Shown here piece after piece: positions 1-11,898 of a stretch of DNA of 64,000 bases. The first letter of the stretch is position 1; each line of letters starts with the position of its first letter. The stretch lies in NCBI GenBank assembly GCA_963845565.1, contig CAWJSJ010000005.1, positions 288,001 to 352,000 on the forward strand, read 5' to 3'. This DNA comes from an uncultured Methylomirabilota bacterium. Its GTDB lineage: Bacteria > Methylomirabilota > Methylomirabilia > Methylomirabilales > 2-02-FULL-66-22. The position numbers were made by a program, and so were the translations under genes. Under the pieces are notes generated by a model. That model was not told the DNA's origin. It saw only the letters and a list, made by a program, of their open reading frames with translations, and did no database searches.

Positions 1-582
1 GCTCAGGTGCGGGTCACCCTGCGCGATGAAGTGAGGCAGCTGCAGCGGCGCTTGGGGGTCACGACGCTGATGGTGACCCACGATCAGGAGGAGGCGCTTA
101 CCATGGCCGATCGCATCCTGGTCATGGACCGCGGCCGCGTGGTTCAGAACGGCACCCCGCTGGACATCTATAACAAACCCGCCACCCCGTTCGTCGCCGC
201 CTTCATCGGGTCCATGAATTTCCTGCGGAATGCCATCAAGGAGGGGCCGGGGCGCTTCCGCCTCGGCGACCTGCAGTTGCAGGTCGAGAACGGCAGCGCG
301 GCGCTCGGCGCCGGCAGCCGCGTGGTCATGGCGATCCGCCCCGAGGACATCACCGTGGGAAACGGGCACGCGGATGCGCGGAACACGCTGTCCGTCCGCG
401 TGGAGAGCCTGGAGTTCCGTGGGCCGCTGTACCGAGCGACGCTTCGGCTCCCGATGGGAGCGGACGCTCCCACCATTCAGGCAGATCTCTCGGCCGATGT
501 CATCCGACGCCGCGGGATTCGTGAGGCCGCGGATCTTTCCGTTCAGCTTCCCCCAGACCGCATCCGGGTCTACGCGGAATGA
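1..582 (+). CDS. ABC transporter ATP-binding subunit (2-aminoethylphosphonate/Fe3+/polyamine class), 5'-truncated by window edge
   Basis: H-loop VTHDQEEA, 'PATPFVAAFIG', C-terminal TOBE-like region; upstream of permease and phnXW. Confidence 0.85.
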   Translation, partial: AQVRVTLRDEVRQLQRRLGVTTLMVTHDQEEALTMADRILVMDRGRVVQNGTPLDIYNKPATPFVAAFIGSMNFLRNAIKEGPGRFRLGDLQLQVENGSAALGAGSRVVMAIRPEDITVGNGHADARNTLSVRVESLEFRGPLYRATLRLPMGADAPTIQADLSADVIRRRGIREAADLSVQLPPDRIRVYAE

Positions 583-2379
583 TGCCGCCAGGCTCCGCCT
601 CGTCCGCGCTCTCCTCCCCACCGCCCACCGCCGGCAGCCTCGGAATCCTGGGGGCAGTCGACACCGAGCGGTGGCTCCGCGCCGCCCTGATCGTCCTGGT
701 GTGCCTCTGGATGGTGGCGGCCATCGTGCTTCCCCTGGGGCAACTGCTCCTGCTGAGCGGGTACGATCGAGCCGGGAATCTGGTGGGCCTGGAGAACTTC
801 CGCACCTATTTCCGGACTCCCGCGCTCTCCAGTTCGCTCCTGAACAGCCTCGTCGTCTCGGGCATCACCACCGTGCTCTCGGTGGTGTTCGGGTTCCTGT
901 ATGCGTATGCGCTGACCCGGACCTGCATGCCCGGCAAGGGATTCCTCCGAGGGGTGGCCATGCTGCCCCTCTTCGCGCCGACGCTGCTGAATGGGATCGC
1001 GCTGGTGTATCTCTTCGGAAAGAAAGGGCTGGTCACCACGGGGTTCCTCGGCGCCACGGAGGCCTGGCTGGGGCCTGCCGCTCAAGGTGGACATCGGGCT
1101 GTACGGACCCGTCGGCATCGTCCTGGGTGAACTGATCTACATCTTCCCCCAGGCGATGCTGATTCTCTCGGTCGCCCTGCGCATGAGCGATGCCCGGCTC
1201 TACGAAGCCTCGAACTCGCTCCGCGCCTCCCGGCTCCGCACCTTTCTCACGGTGACACTGCCGGGGATCAAGTATGGCGTCGTCAGCGCCACCCTGGTGT
1301 CCTTCATCCTCGGATTCACGGATTTCGGCGTGCCGAAGGTGGTCGGGGGAAACTTCAACGTGCTGGCCACCGACATCTACAAGCAGGTGATCGGCCAGCA
1401 GAACTTCGAGATGGGGGCCACGGTGAGCGTCGTGCTGCTCCTCCCCACGGCCGCAGCGTTTCTCCTCGACCGGCTGACCCAGCGTCGGCAGATGACCCTG
1501 ATCGCCGCACGGTCGGTACCGCTCAGGCCGAGGCCGTCCCCGGTGCTCGATCGCCTGGCGCTCGCCTATTGCGGGGTGGTCGCCGTCCTCATCCTGGGGT
1601 TCTTCCTCACCGCGGGGTTCGCATCCCTGGTCAAGGTCTGGCCCTACGACCTCGGCGTGACCTTTCGTCATTACGACTTCCGCACGGTGGGCGGCGGGGG
1701 GTACAACGCGCTGTGGAACAGTATCCGGATGTCGCTCTACACCGCCGTGATCGGGACCATCCTCACCTTCGTGAGCGCCTATCTGATCGAAAAGAGCCGG
1801 GGCCTCGGCCCGCTCCGCCAGGCCGCCTACTTCCTGTCCATCCTGCCGCTGGCGCTGCCGGGCCTCGTCATCGGTCTGGCCTACATCTTCTTCTTCAATA
1901 CCCCGCACTGGTCCCTCCTCGGGCTGTCCGTCCCGAATCCTGGGTATCTTCTGTACGGAACGATGGGGATCCTGGTCCTGAGCAACATCGTGCATTTCGG
2001 CACCGTCGGCTTTCTCACCGCGACCACCGCGCTCAAGCAGCTCGACCGGGAGTTCGAGGCCGTCTCGGAATCCATGCGCGTCCCCTTCTACGTGACCTGC
2101 GTCCGGGTGACCGCCCCCGTCTGTCTCCCGGCGATTCTGGAGATCGGGATGTACTTCTTCGTCAATTCCATGGCCACCGTGTCGGCCGTGATCTTCCTCT
2201 ATTCCGCCGACATCCCGTTGGCGACGGTGGCCGTGGCCAACATGGACGATGCGGGCGACATCGCCGCCGCCGCGGCGATGTCGATGCTCGTGGTTCTGGT
2301 GAACGTGGGGGTTCGGCTGCTGTACGAGGCGGCGACGCGGGGCCTCCAGCGGCGCACGCAAGCCTGGACGTCCGCATGA
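579..2379 (+). CDS. Putative 2-aminoethylphosphonate ABC transporter permease (double-domain), split by a frameshift near 1070
   Basis: ORFs 579..1130 and 991..2379 join at G-run ctggggcctg to give ...EAWLGLPLKVD...; two EAA-like motifs (LYEAS, EFEAVS); many TM helices. Confidence 0.85.
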
Positions 2380-2599
2380 GTGGGGAGGCGAAACCCGCGG
2401 ACGCGTTGTCCGGTTACCATACACGGAGTGTTTCGACGTGGCGACGGGCCGGCCGCGGGATGCGTACCTCGATTTCACGGAACGCGTATGGGCGGAACTC
2501 TCAGCGCTCGGATTCCCGCGCGGGTAGCGGCCTGTCCTTCATGCGCGGCGCGCGCGGATCTGTGTTGTTCGCACATTGCCATTTAACGGGAGGATCATT

Positions 2600-3433
2600 G
2601 TGAACGGTAACGCTGGCAGAATCCCAGATTCCGGCCAAGTCCGAGCGCTCGTGCTCGACTGGGCGGGAACCGCCGTGGATTATGGCTGTATCGGGCCCGT
2701 GGCGGTCTTCATCGAGGTCTTCAGGCGGCAGGGTGTGCAGGTGACAACCCCCGAAGCGCGAGGACCCATGGGGCTCATGAAGAAGGATCATGTCCGCGCC
2801 ATGTGCCGGACGACATCCGTGGCGGAGAAGTGGCGGAGCGTGCATCACCGCGACCCGCAGGAAACGGACGTGGACGCTATGTACGCCGACGTGGAGCCGC
2901 TGATGGTGTCCTGCGTTGCCCGCCACGCCGAGCCGATCACGGGAGCCGTCGAGACCGTCGCCCGCTTCCGACAGGCCGGCCTGAAGATCGGGTCGTCCAC
3001 GGGTTACACGACGCCCATGATGGACGTGCTCGTTCCCGAATCGGCGCGCCGGGGTTATCGGCCGGACTCCATCGTGTGCTCCTCGGATGTCCCTGCCGGT
3101 CGCCCGGCCCCGTGGATGTGCTACCTCAATGCCATCAATCTCCGCGTGTATCCCATGGAAGCGATGGTGAAGATCGGCGACACCGTGAGCGACATCCAGG
3201 AGGGGCGGAACGCTGGGATGTGGACCATCGGGGTAACGAAAACGGGGAACGAACTGGGCCTCACCGAAACCGAAGTCGCCGCCGTGGCCCCCGCGGAGCT
3301 GCGCGCACGTCTGGAGGCCATCGGGGACCGATTGCGGGCGGCGGGTGCCCATTACCTCGCCGAGAGCATTCAGGAGTGTCCGGAGATTGTGGACATCATC
3401 AACGACCGCCTTGCCCGCGGAGAGCGGCCATGA
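2600..3433 (+). CDS. phnX: Phosphonoacetaldehyde hydrolase (phosphonatase)
   Basis: HAD motif [20 protein letters not shown] (Schiff-base Lys), [19 protein letters not shown] start after GGAGGA. Confidence 0.95.
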   Translation: MNGNAGRIPDSGQVRALVLDWAGTAVDYGCIGPVAVFIEVFRRQGVQVTTPEARGPMGLMKKDHVRAMCRTTSVAEKWRSVHHRDPQETDVDAMYADVEPLMVSCVARHAEPITGAVETVARFRQAGLKIGSSTGYTTPMMDVLVPESARRGYRPDSIVCSSDVPAGRPAPWMCYLNAINLRVYPMEAMVKIGDTVSDIQEGRNAGMWTIGVTKTGNELGLTETEVAAVAPAELRARLEAIGDRLRAAGAHYLAESIQECPEIVDIINDRLARGERP

Positions 3434-4632
3434 CGTCGGGCTGCCACCCGTGCGACCCGTCTCGATTGGAGGCCAACGTGGATATCAATGTGATACCGGA
3501 CAACCCGTATCTGCTCCTCACGCCGGGGCCGCTTTCGACGACCAAGAGCGTCAAGGCGGCCATGTTGCGCGACTGGTGCACCTGGGATGATGAATATCAT
3601 TCGATCGTCCAGGATCTCCGCGCCGCACTTGTCCGCTTGGCCACTCCGGCCGAGGGATACACCGCCGTGCTGATGCAAGGAAGCGGCACATTCAGCGTCG
3701 AGGCCGCCATCGGGACGGCGCTTCCGGTGGACGGGAGGCTGCTGGTCTTGACGAACGGTGCGTACGGCGAACGGATGGTCGAGATTGCCCACCGACTGCG
3801 GATCAGCGTGGTGACCCACGACAGTGGCGAGCTGCACCCGCCGGACCTCGACCGATTGGAGCGCACCCTCGCCGCAGAGCCGGGCATCACGCACGTGGCG
3901 ATCGTTCATTGCGAGACCACCACCGGTATGTTGAATCCAGTGGAGGCGGTCGGCCGAATCGTACAGTCCTTCGGCCGGACATACCTCGTGGACGCCATGA
4001 GCAGCCTTGGGGGCATTCCGTTCGATATCGCCGACCTGGGTGCGGACTTCGTGATCAGTAGCGCCAACAAATGCATTCAGGGTGTCCCCGGTTTCGGATT
4101 CGTCATCGCCAGACGCCAGGCACTGGAGCGGACCAAGGGGCGAGCCCGGTCGGTCAGTCTGGACCTCTACGAGCAGTGGCGCGAGATGGAGATGAAAGGC
4201 GGGAAGTGGCGCTTCACCTCTCCCACACATGTCGTGCGAGCGTTTGCGCAGGCGATGAAGGAACTGGAGGAGGAGGGCGGAGTGGCGGCCCGCTACGCCC
4301 GGTACCGGCGGAACCATCGGATCCTGGTGGACGGCATGCGCGCACTCGGTTTCTCGTGTCTGTTGCCCGACGAGAATCAGTCGCCGATCATCACCTCGTT
4401 TCTGAGCCCGACCCACCCCGGCTACCGTTTCGAGCGTTTTTACGCCGATCTCAAAGCTCGCGGCTTTGTCGTGTACCCCGGGAAGGTGACGTCGTTGGAC
4501 ACCTTCCGGATCGGGAATATTGGTCACGTCTGCCCGGACGACATGCGTCGCTTGATCGAGGCGGTGAGAAACAGCATGTTCTGGCGCGAGGGGCAATCGC
4601 CAGCCGAGCCGGCCACCTGGGCATGGCGTTAG
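3430..4632 (+). CDS. phnW: 2-aminoethylphosphonate-pyruvate transaminase
   Basis: [38 protein letters not shown] (PLP Lys), [13 protein letters not shown] overlap with phnX. Confidence 0.95.
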   Translation: MTSGCHPCDPSRLEANVDINVIPDNPYLLLTPGPLSTTKSVKAAMLRDWCTWDDEYHSIVQDLRAALVRLATPAEGYTAVLMQGSGTFSVEAAIGTALPVDGRLLVLTNGAYGERMVEIAHRLRISVVTHDSGELHPPDLDRLERTLAAEPGITHVAIVHCETTTGMLNPVEAVGRIVQSFGRTYLVDAMSSLGGIPFDIADLGADFVISSANKCIQGVPGFGFVIARRQALERTKGRARSVSLDLYEQWREMEMKGGKWRFTSPTHVVRAFAQAMKELEEEGGVAARYARYRRNHRILVDGMRALGFSCLLPDENQSPIITSFLSPTHPGYRFERFYADLKARGFVVYPGKVTSLDTFRIGNIGHVCPDDMRRLIEAVRNSMFWREGQSPAEPATWAWR

Positions 4633-4930
4633 TGCGGGGGCCTGCCACGCAGGTCTAGCAATGGCTACGTGTGCGCGACCGCACGTGTTGCGAGTTCCAC
4701 ACGACACCCCAAGGCCCCCAAAGGCCTGACGGATACGGCGGAGACGGAAGCCGACTCGTCTGCCATGCTGCGCCTCTTGCCTCCGTCTTCAATTCCACCA
4801 ATCCACACTTCTATCAGCGGAGATACCTCGGACACCTCTGTGGCGCGGCAGGGCGTCCCGCCGCCCGGAACGTCGTCGATCGGGCTGGTGTTCGCCTAGG
4901 GCCGTCGAGGTGTGTCGCGGCGCGCCAAGA

Positions 4931-4959
4931 CTTCACTGACGCGCAATCACGTTGTCATC
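4931..4959 (+). promoter_or_regulatory. Pho-box-like direct repeats upstream of metallophosphoesterase
   Basis: TTCAC(4932), GCAAT(4943), GTCAT(4954) at 11-bp phase. Confidence 0.4.
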
Positions 4960-5159
4960 CGCGGGCGGTATCCATCTGCCATGAATCTGCATTGACTTCT
5001 CGGCTCGCGCGGCAGCGTCCTGTCTGGATTGCACACCGTGGTGCGCCGCCGCCGGCGGGCGCAGGGGGCGGCGCGCGCGAATCGACCATCAGAAAGGAGG
5101 GCGCGTTTCGTAGCACCCGGACCTGAATGAACAACCAGCTAACCGATTGGAGGGAAACC

Positions 5160-6817
5160 ATGAAACGTTGTGCGCGGTCTGCAATCCTTATGTTCGCGTT
5201 GACACTGCTGGCGGCTGGGGCCGCCTCGGCAGAGCCGTGGCGTTTCGGCGTGATGTCCGACACCCAGTGGAAAGCCAACATAGACGGGCAGAACCCAGGC
5301 ACGGTGGCGGTCGGGATCATCAACCAACTTAACAAGCAATTCATTGACCACGATGTGAAGTTCGTGATTCAAGTCGGTGACCTGGTGGACAAAGAAACCA
5401 ACAGCCCGAATGGTCTGCCCAACGAACGCACCATGGGCACCCGGGCCGTTGCCGCACAGGCCCTGTACGATGCCGGCATCGGTTTCTTCCCTGTCCGCGG
5501 TAATCACGAGGCCTCCCAACTCGCCGCGGCGGAGTTTCAAACGCTCTACCCGCAAACCATCGGCGGCGGCGGTCAGGTGTTTGGCGCCAAGAACTTCAGC
5601 AGCCCGTTCGCGAACTTGAACGGGCTGAGCTACTCCTTTGACTACAAGGATGCTCGCTTCGTACTCCTCGACCAGTTCACGCGGACCGATGGCACGAACA
5701 ACCTGGGCAGCGCCGACAACAACATCCTCGACCAGCAAGGTTGGATCGATACTCAACTCTCTACCAAGGGGCGCCAGACGCACGCCTTCGTCTTCAGTCA
5801 TAAGAATCTCATCGGTGGGAACCACACCGACATCCTCTTCGGTGCCAATCCCGCCGCAAACCCGGTTGGCCAGAACGCATTCTATAGCAGCCTCCAGAAC
5901 CACGGCGTTCGGTATCAGTTTGGCGGCCACGACCATATGCACCACCGCGCCGTCATGCGCAGCCCGGACAACAATTCCAGCGTGCAGGAGATCATCGCCG
6001 CGTCGAACAGCTACAAGTTCTACATCCCGCAGATTCCCACCATCGATACGAAGTACAACGTCCCTGCCTTTGGAGGCACCCGGGAGACGCCCATCGCCCA
6101 GGAGTTATTCACGATCGGCTATTACATCGTCACCGTGGACGGTCCCCGCGTGACGGTGGACCACTATGCGTCCGACAACGGATGCGGCGGAACGCTGGGC
6201 GCCGGGGTGGACTGCGATCTTACCGTGACACCCGCCCTCACGTTCTTCAAGCGAGAGACCTTCGGCTACAGCTTGAACGGCCAGGAGTTCCTGATCCCCA
6301 AGGCCATGCGTACACGGACGTGCGGGACAGCTTCGACGGCACCACGGCGAAGATCCTCTGCTGCGTCAACGGGAGCACGGCGACGTTGTACGACAGCCGC
6401 CCCACGACCAAGGCGGTGAATACGGGGTGGGCCCGCAAAGAGGAGCGGCGTTGGGGCCATGGGCAAGATCGCGACCTCGCGAGCAATATCCTGAGCCTGT
6501 GGGGGCTGGCGGACCTCGGAACGGATCAGACCGACACATACGTGCTCTCTATGACCTACGACACGTTGTGGGGCCACCTGCGGGACCTCTTCCGCGGGGA
6601 GTTCGGGCTGGCGGTCCGGAATGAGCATGGCAAGTGGATCAACGCGGTGGACGCGAATGTCGGCGGGACGAAGCGGTTCGTCTTGGGGCCGTGGCGACCA
6701 CACTACACGCTCGGCACCTACGGCGTGGACCTGTTTACGCGCACGGCCTGGGCCGTCGTCAACCATACGGGGGAGTTTGCGGTTGCGGAAGACTTGGAGT
6801 GGGGTCCGCGCAAGTAA
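5160..6817 (+). CDS. Secreted calcineurin-like metallophosphoesterase with C-terminal extension; frameshift near 6297
   Basis: Signal peptide ending ASA; motifs SDTQW, GDLVD, GNHE, FSHK, GHDH; ORFs 5127..6419 and 6182..6817 join at a C-run (atccccaagg). Confidence 0.85.
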
Positions 6818-6860
6818 GCACGGCCGACCTTCCGGCGATGTCTGCGTAGTTGCTTGAGCA

Positions 6861-6900
6861 AGAGGGGGGCACCTCGGCGGTGCCCTCCTTGCCTTTTTCT
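6861..6900 (+). terminator. Probable intrinsic terminator
   Basis: Hairpin gggcacc-tcggc-ggtgccc followed by T-rich tract after stop at 6817. Confidence 0.5.
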
Positions 6901-7216
6901 TGTTTGTGGTAACGCGACGCCCTTATACACCCGAAGAATCCCCTCGCGTGAGACTCCGAGGAGTGCGAGGTGCAGTCAGGGCAGAAGATGTATGCGGTCA
7001 TCGCCATTCGGCGTTTCGACTGCCCCCGTCCGAATACGCCCCACTCCCGATGGTCGAAGGACCGCTGCGAGAGGTTCGTTGCTCCTTTGCTTCTTTCGGA
7101 TGAACATTCGGCGTCGACGAACGAATGGGTCGGCCGATAGCGCCGATACGCCGAATTGCCCGCCCCGCGCAGCCGCCGCACGACCTCCAGGGCCCGTCAT
7201 GGGATCTTCTCGCCGC

Positions 7217-7234
7217 GTTCACACCGCTGTAACC
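7217..7234 (+). promoter_or_regulatory. Pho-box-like site upstream of pstS
   Basis: GTTCACA-ccgc-TGTAACC, half sites 11 bp apart. Confidence 0.5.
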
Positions 7235-7327
7235 GCCTCGGAAGAGAGTCAATCGCTCTTGGCCGAAGAACGCTGTTCCACCGACGACTCCCCAGCGCCG
7301 TGTGGGGACGAACCTTGGGAGGGAACC

Positions 7328-8209
7328 ATGAGGAAGACGACGGGCATCGCGCTGGTGTTGGCAGTCATGCTGTGCGGTATCGGGATTTCCCAGCCGTTCG
7401 CGGCCGAGTTTGACGGGACGCTCCGCATCGGCGGGTCGACGACGCTGCTCCCGGTCGTCGCGGATGCCGCGAGCCAGTTTATGGAAAAGTATGGCACCTG
7501 GGACAAGGCCGACGCCTCGCTGCCGAAGAAGCAGGCCCTGATCTTCGTCACCGGCGGCGGTTCCGGGTTCGGCGTCAACGCGGCGATCAGCGGGACCGTC
7601 GACCTCGGGATGAGCTCGCGCGATCTCAAGGATGCCGAAAAGACGAAGCTCGGCGATCACAAAGAGGTCCTCGTCAGCAAGGACTGCATCGCGTTCGCGG
7701 TGAACAAGAAGAGCCCCCTGGCCAAGCTGGACAACCTGACAAAGGCCGACGTCGTCAAGATCTTCTCGGGCGAGGCGAAGACGTTCAAGGACGTCCGATC
7801 CGACCTTCCCGCGAAGCTGATCGTCGTTCTGATGCGCGACATGGCCGGCGGCTCGACCGAGATGCTCCAGGGGATGGTCCTGAAGGAGAAGTCCTTCTCG
7901 CCGTCGGCGATTCAGGTTCCGTCACAAGGGGCCAACATGAAGAAGGTCGAGGAAAACACGTGGGCGATCACTTACATCTCGTCCGTCATCGCGCTCCAGA
8001 ACCCGAAACTGAAGGTCCTCAAGTATGAGGGGATCGCGCCGACAAACGAAAACGTGGTCGCGGGGACGTATCCCCTCACGCGCCCGCTGCTCCTTCTCGC
8101 GAAGGGCGCGCCGTCCGCCGCGGGGCAGCGGTTTATCGATTATATGCTCAATGAGGGGCAGTCGGTCATCCTCGAGCACGGGTATGTTCCCGTCAAGAAA
8201 GCGATGTGA
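7328..8209 (+). CDS. pstS: PstS-family phosphate(-like) substrate-binding protein
   Basis: Signal peptide, GGSTTLLP, TGGGSGFG, MSSRDLK, GTYPLTRPL; GGAGGG RBS. Confidence 0.85.
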   Translation: MRKTTGIALVLAVMLCGIGISQPFAAEFDGTLRIGGSTTLLPVVADAASQFMEKYGTWDKADASLPKKQALIFVTGGGSGFGVNAAISGTVDLGMSSRDLKDAEKTKLGDHKEVLVSKDCIAFAVNKKSPLAKLDNLTKADVVKIFSGEAKTFKDVRSDLPAKLIVVLMRDMAGGSTEMLQGMVLKEKSFSPSAIQVPSQGANMKKVEENTWAITYISSVIALQNPKLKVLKYEGIAPTNENVVAGTYPLTRPLLLLAKGAPSAAGQRFIDYMLNEGQSVILEHGYVPVKKAM

Positions 8210-9135
8210 GACGGGGGTCGGGTTGCGGTCTAGGGCCGTTTGTGCCGCCCGGCGATCTGTCGGTCCGGGACCGGCTCCTCCGGTCGGCGTGCCTGGTGTC
8301 CCTGGCCGTCGGAGGGGGGACCCTCTTTCTGACCGTCGGGTATCTCTTCCTCGAGTCGGGGGCGGCGTCCGGGCTCTCGTCCCGCTTCGTCGACTGTTTC
8401 CGGGGAACGTGGAGGCCGCTGGCCACGCCGCCGTCGCTGGGGCTAGCGCATGCGTGGGCCTCGACGCTGGTCGTGACGGGAATCGCGCTCGCGATTGCTC
8501 TCCCCCTCGGCGTCTCGATCGGCCTCTTTCTCGCGGAGGTTGCCCCGCTGTGGCTCCGTCGGGCACTGACCCCGGCCATGGAGCTTCTGGCCGGCATCCC
8601 GGCGGTGGTGTTCGGCTTCTTCGGGGCGGTCACGTTGGTGCCGCTCGCCGAATGGCTCTTTGAGCTCCCCACCGGGGAGACGCTGCTCGGCGCGGGGATC
8701 GTCCTGTCGGTCATGATGGTCCCCTTTGTCGCGAGCACCTCGGGCGAGGCGTTCCGCGCGGTGTATCGCGAATACCGGGAGGCCGCGTTCTCCCTCGGCG
8801 TCGACGCGTTTTACGCCTTCCGCCGCGTGGTTCTCGTCCGGGCGATGCCGGGCCTCATGGCGGCGGCGGCGCTGGGACTGGCGCGCGGCCTGGGGGAGAC
8901 GCTCGCAGTCCTCATGCTCTCGGGGAACACGACCGAGTTTCCGGCCTCGGTGATCAGTCGCGGACAGCCCCTCACGGCGCTGCTCGCCACCGAGGTTGGC
9001 GAGACGGCGGTGCACTCGGCGAAGTACCACATGCTCTTCACCGGGGCCCTGGCGCTGATGCTGATGGTGCTCCTCGTGAACCTGTTGATCGCCCTGCTGA
9101 AGAAGCGGCTCTACCGAGGACTCCATGCGGTCTGA
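8206..9135 (+). CDS. pstC: Phosphate ABC transporter permease PstC
   Basis: ELLAGIPAVVFG, EAA motif YREAAFSLG, ARGLGETLAV. Confidence 0.88.
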   Translation: MRRGSGCGLGPFVPPGDLSVRDRLLRSACLVSLAVGGGTLFLTVGYLFLESGAASGLSSRFVDCFRGTWRPLATPPSLGLAHAWASTLVVTGIALAIALPLGVSIGLFLAEVAPLWLRRALTPAMELLAGIPAVVFGFFGAVTLVPLAEWLFELPTGETLLGAGIVLSVMMVPFVASTSGEAFRAVYREYREAAFSLGVDAFYAFRRVVLVRAMPGLMAAAALGLARGLGETLAVLMLSGNTTEFPASVISRGQPLTALLATEVGETAVHSAKYHMLFTGALALMLMVLLVNLLIALLKKRLYRGLHAV

Positions 9136-9980
9136 ACCCGCGTCCGTCGGGAGGCGCCGTCTCGGAAACACGGTGTTTCTCGGCATGATCTGGGTCTCCG
9201 GCGTCGTCGGGATCCTTCTCCCGGCGAGTATCGTGGTCCACCTGCTCGCCAACGGGGGGAAGCTCCTCGATCCGTCGTTCCTGCTGGACCGGCCCCGAGG
9301 CACCCCGCTCGGCTCCGCCGGAGGCATCTTCCCGGCGATAGCAGGCAGCGTCTCCCTCGTGGGCATCGGCCTCGCCGTCGCATTCCCCATGGCGATCGGC
9401 GGCGCGCTCTACCTGTCGGAGTTCAGCCGCTCCGCGCGCGGGACCCGGGCGGCACGGCTCGTCATCGAGTCGCTCGCGGCCGTCCCGTCGATCGTCTACG
9501 GCCTCTTCGGCTACGCGTTCTTCGTCGTGCTCCTTCGGATGGGGACGTCGCTGGCGGCGGGGAGCCTCGTGCTGGCCATCGTGATGTTTCCGATCATCCT
9601 GATCACAGCACAGGAGGCGTTCGACGCGGTTCCGCGGGACTACCGCGAGGCGGCGCTGGCACTCGGCGTCGACCGGTACGAGTGGGTCCTCCGCGTATTG
9701 CTCCCGAAGTCGGCGACGCGCATATCTGGCCGGCGTCGTGCTGGCGGTCGGGCATGCGGTGGGGTCGGCCGCCCCGATCCTGTTCACCGCGGCGGTTTTC
9801 TTCTCGGCGGGCGGAATCCAACTCGACCGCCCGGTCATGACGCTGCCGACCCATCTCTACTTCCTGGTGTCGGAGGCCGTGTCGTTCCCGAACGCCTATG
9901 GGACCGCCTCGGTCCTGGTGGTCGGTCTGTTCCTCTTCAACGCCGCGGCGATGGCGCTGCGAAACATGGGCCGGGAGTGA
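9125..9980 (+). CDS. pstA: Phosphate ABC transporter permease PstA; frameshift near 9725
   Basis: GGIFPAIAGS, LAAVPSIVYGLFG, YREAALALG; C-terminus continues in ORF 9738..9980 (TLPTHLYFL). Confidence 0.85.
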
Positions 9981-9984
9981 GGCG

Positions 9985-10749
9985 ATGAGAAACGGGTCCC
10001 TGTTCGAGGTCCGAGAGCTCCAGGTAAACTACGGCGAGCGCAAGATCCTGCACGAGGTCAGCACCGACATCCCCGAAGGCGCGGTGACGGCGATCCTCGG
10101 GCCCTCGGGGTGCGGGAAGTCGACGCTCCTGCGCGCCATGAACCGCACGCTGGAACTGATCCCGCACGCCCGCATCGCGAAGGGGTCGATCCGGTTCCGG
10201 GGCACCGACCTGATGTCGCATCCGGCCGGCCCGCACCGGATCCGCAAGCGGATCGGCATCGTCCAGCAGCGCCCACTGCCGTTCCCGATGTCGATCCAGG
10301 ACAACGTGCTCTTCGGTGCCCGCTACCACGAGCGGCTCGCGGCCGGGGAGAGGCGGGAGCTGGTCGAGACGCATCTCGCCCGCGTGGGGCTGTGGGAGGA
10401 GGTGAAGGACCGCCTGAAGGCACCCGGCAATGCCTTGTCGATCGGCCAGCAGCAGCGGCTCTGCATTGCGCGCTCCCTCGCCAACCGGCCCGAGGTGCTG
10501 CTGATGGACGAGCCGTGCTCGGCGCTCGACCCGGCCTCCACGGCGAAGATCGAGGAGCTGATCCTCGGGCTGCAGGACGAGGTCACCGTCGTGATCGTCA
10601 CGCACAATCTCGCGCAAGCGCGCCGCGTCTCCTCGCGCTGCCTGTTCTTCCTCGCCGGCACGCTGGCGGAGCAAGGGGACACGGGGCAGGTCCTGACCGC
10701 CCCGTGCCACCCGGGCGTCCGGGCGATCGTCAGCGGGCAGGAGGGATGA
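9985..10749 (+). CDS. pstB: Phosphate ABC transporter ATP-binding protein PstB
   Basis: GPSGCGKST, PFPMSI, LSIGQQQRLCIAR, DEPCSALDP, VTHN. Confidence 0.92.
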   Translation: MRNGSLFEVRELQVNYGERKILHEVSTDIPEGAVTAILGPSGCGKSTLLRAMNRTLELIPHARIAKGSIRFRGTDLMSHPAGPHRIRKRIGIVQQRPLPFPMSIQDNVLFGARYHERLAAGERRELVETHLARVGLWEEVKDRLKAPGNALSIGQQQRLCIARSLANRPEVLLMDEPCSALDPASTAKIEELILGLQDEVTVVIVTHNLAQARRVSSRCLFFLAGTLAEQGDTGQVLTAPCHPGVRAIVSGQEG

Positions 10750-11882
10750 CCATGCGCCTCGAACGCGGGCAGTTGTGCGTTGTGGTGATGATCGACGGGT
10801 TCGGGATGGACTATTATCGCGCGTCGGAGATGCCGGTGCTGAAACGGATGGCCCGGGACGGCTTCTTCCGCGAGGGGTCGGCCGTCTTCCCGACGCTGAC
10901 GAACGCGAACAACCTCTCGATCGTCTGCGGCGCCTTTCCGGAGACCCACGGCGTCACGACGAACTGTTACCTCGATCCGGCCACCAACCGACCGGCATTC
11001 CTGGAGGACCCGGGGTTCCTGAAGAGCCCGACCCTGTTCGACGTCGCCGCACGTCGCGGGATCCGCTCGGCGCTGGTGACGTCGAAGTCGAAGACCGTGC
11101 GCATCCTCGGCCCGTCGGTCGCGGTCGGTGTTGCCGTGCAGGACCCCGACCCGGCGACGATCGCGCGATTCGGGACGCCGCCCGACATCTACTCCGTCGA
11201 GGCGAACGAGTGGATCATGCGCACCGGCCTGCGAATCCTCGAGGAGGAGCCGGACATCGGGGTCCTGTACGTCCACACGACCGACTACCCGATGCACATG
11301 TGGGGGCCGGACGCCCTCCAGTCGCTCGACCACCTGGCGCGGCTCGACTGGCTGATCGGGGAGATGGTCGAGCGGCATCCGGATGCTGCCTTCCTCGTCA
11401 CGGCCGACCACGGGATGAACCCGAAGTCGGATTGCCTGGACCTCGAGACGATCCTCAGCGCCGCTGGGTTCCCGATCAAGGCCGCGATCTCGCCGGTAGC
11501 CGACCGGCTCGTGAAGCACCATGGCGGCCACGGTGGGGTGTCGTACGTCTACCTGTCAGACCGGGGCGCCCGCGCCGACGTCATTGAATTCCTCAGGGGC
11601 CTTCCCGGCGTCGACCGGGTGCTTCCATCCGAGGCGGCCGCGGTCGCGTACCGTCTGGACGCGGACCGCATCGGCGACGTCGTCGTCGGGGCCGACCACG
11701 ACACGGTGTTCGGCTCCGTCGGCCACGACCGGGTCTCCCTTGATCCCGGGTATCGCAACCACGGCTCCCGGTTTGAGGCTGAGATTCCGTTGATCGCGTG
11801 GAACGCGCCGCTTCGCCCCGGCGACGACATCCGGTTCAACCTCGATCTCACCCGGGCGGTTTTCTTCGATGAAACCGCCTGA
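10746..11882 (+). CDS. Alkaline-phosphatase-superfamily hydrolase, phosphonoacetate hydrolase (PhnA)-like, copy 1
   Basis: IDG, FPTLTNANN (Thr nucleophile; PhnA has PSFTNPNN), TTDYPMH, TADHGM, NHGS. Confidence 0.8.
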   Translation: MTMRLERGQLCVVVMIDGFGMDYYRASEMPVLKRMARDGFFREGSAVFPTLTNANNLSIVCGAFPETHGVTTNCYLDPATNRPAFLEDPGFLKSPTLFDVAARRGIRSALVTSKSKTVRILGPSVAVGVAVQDPDPATIARFGTPPDIYSVEANEWIMRTGLRILEEEPDIGVLYVHTTDYPMHMWGPDALQSLDHLARLDWLIGEMVERHPDAAFLVTADHGMNPKSDCLDLETILSAAGFPIKAAISPVADRLVKHHGGHGGVSYVYLSDRGARADVIEFLRGLPGVDRVLPSEAAAVAYRLDADRIGDVVVGADHDTVFGSVGHDRVSLDPGYRNHGSRFEAEIPLIAWNAPLRPGDDIRFNLDLTRAVFFDETA

Positions 11883-11898
11883 GGGAGGCATAGCGCGC

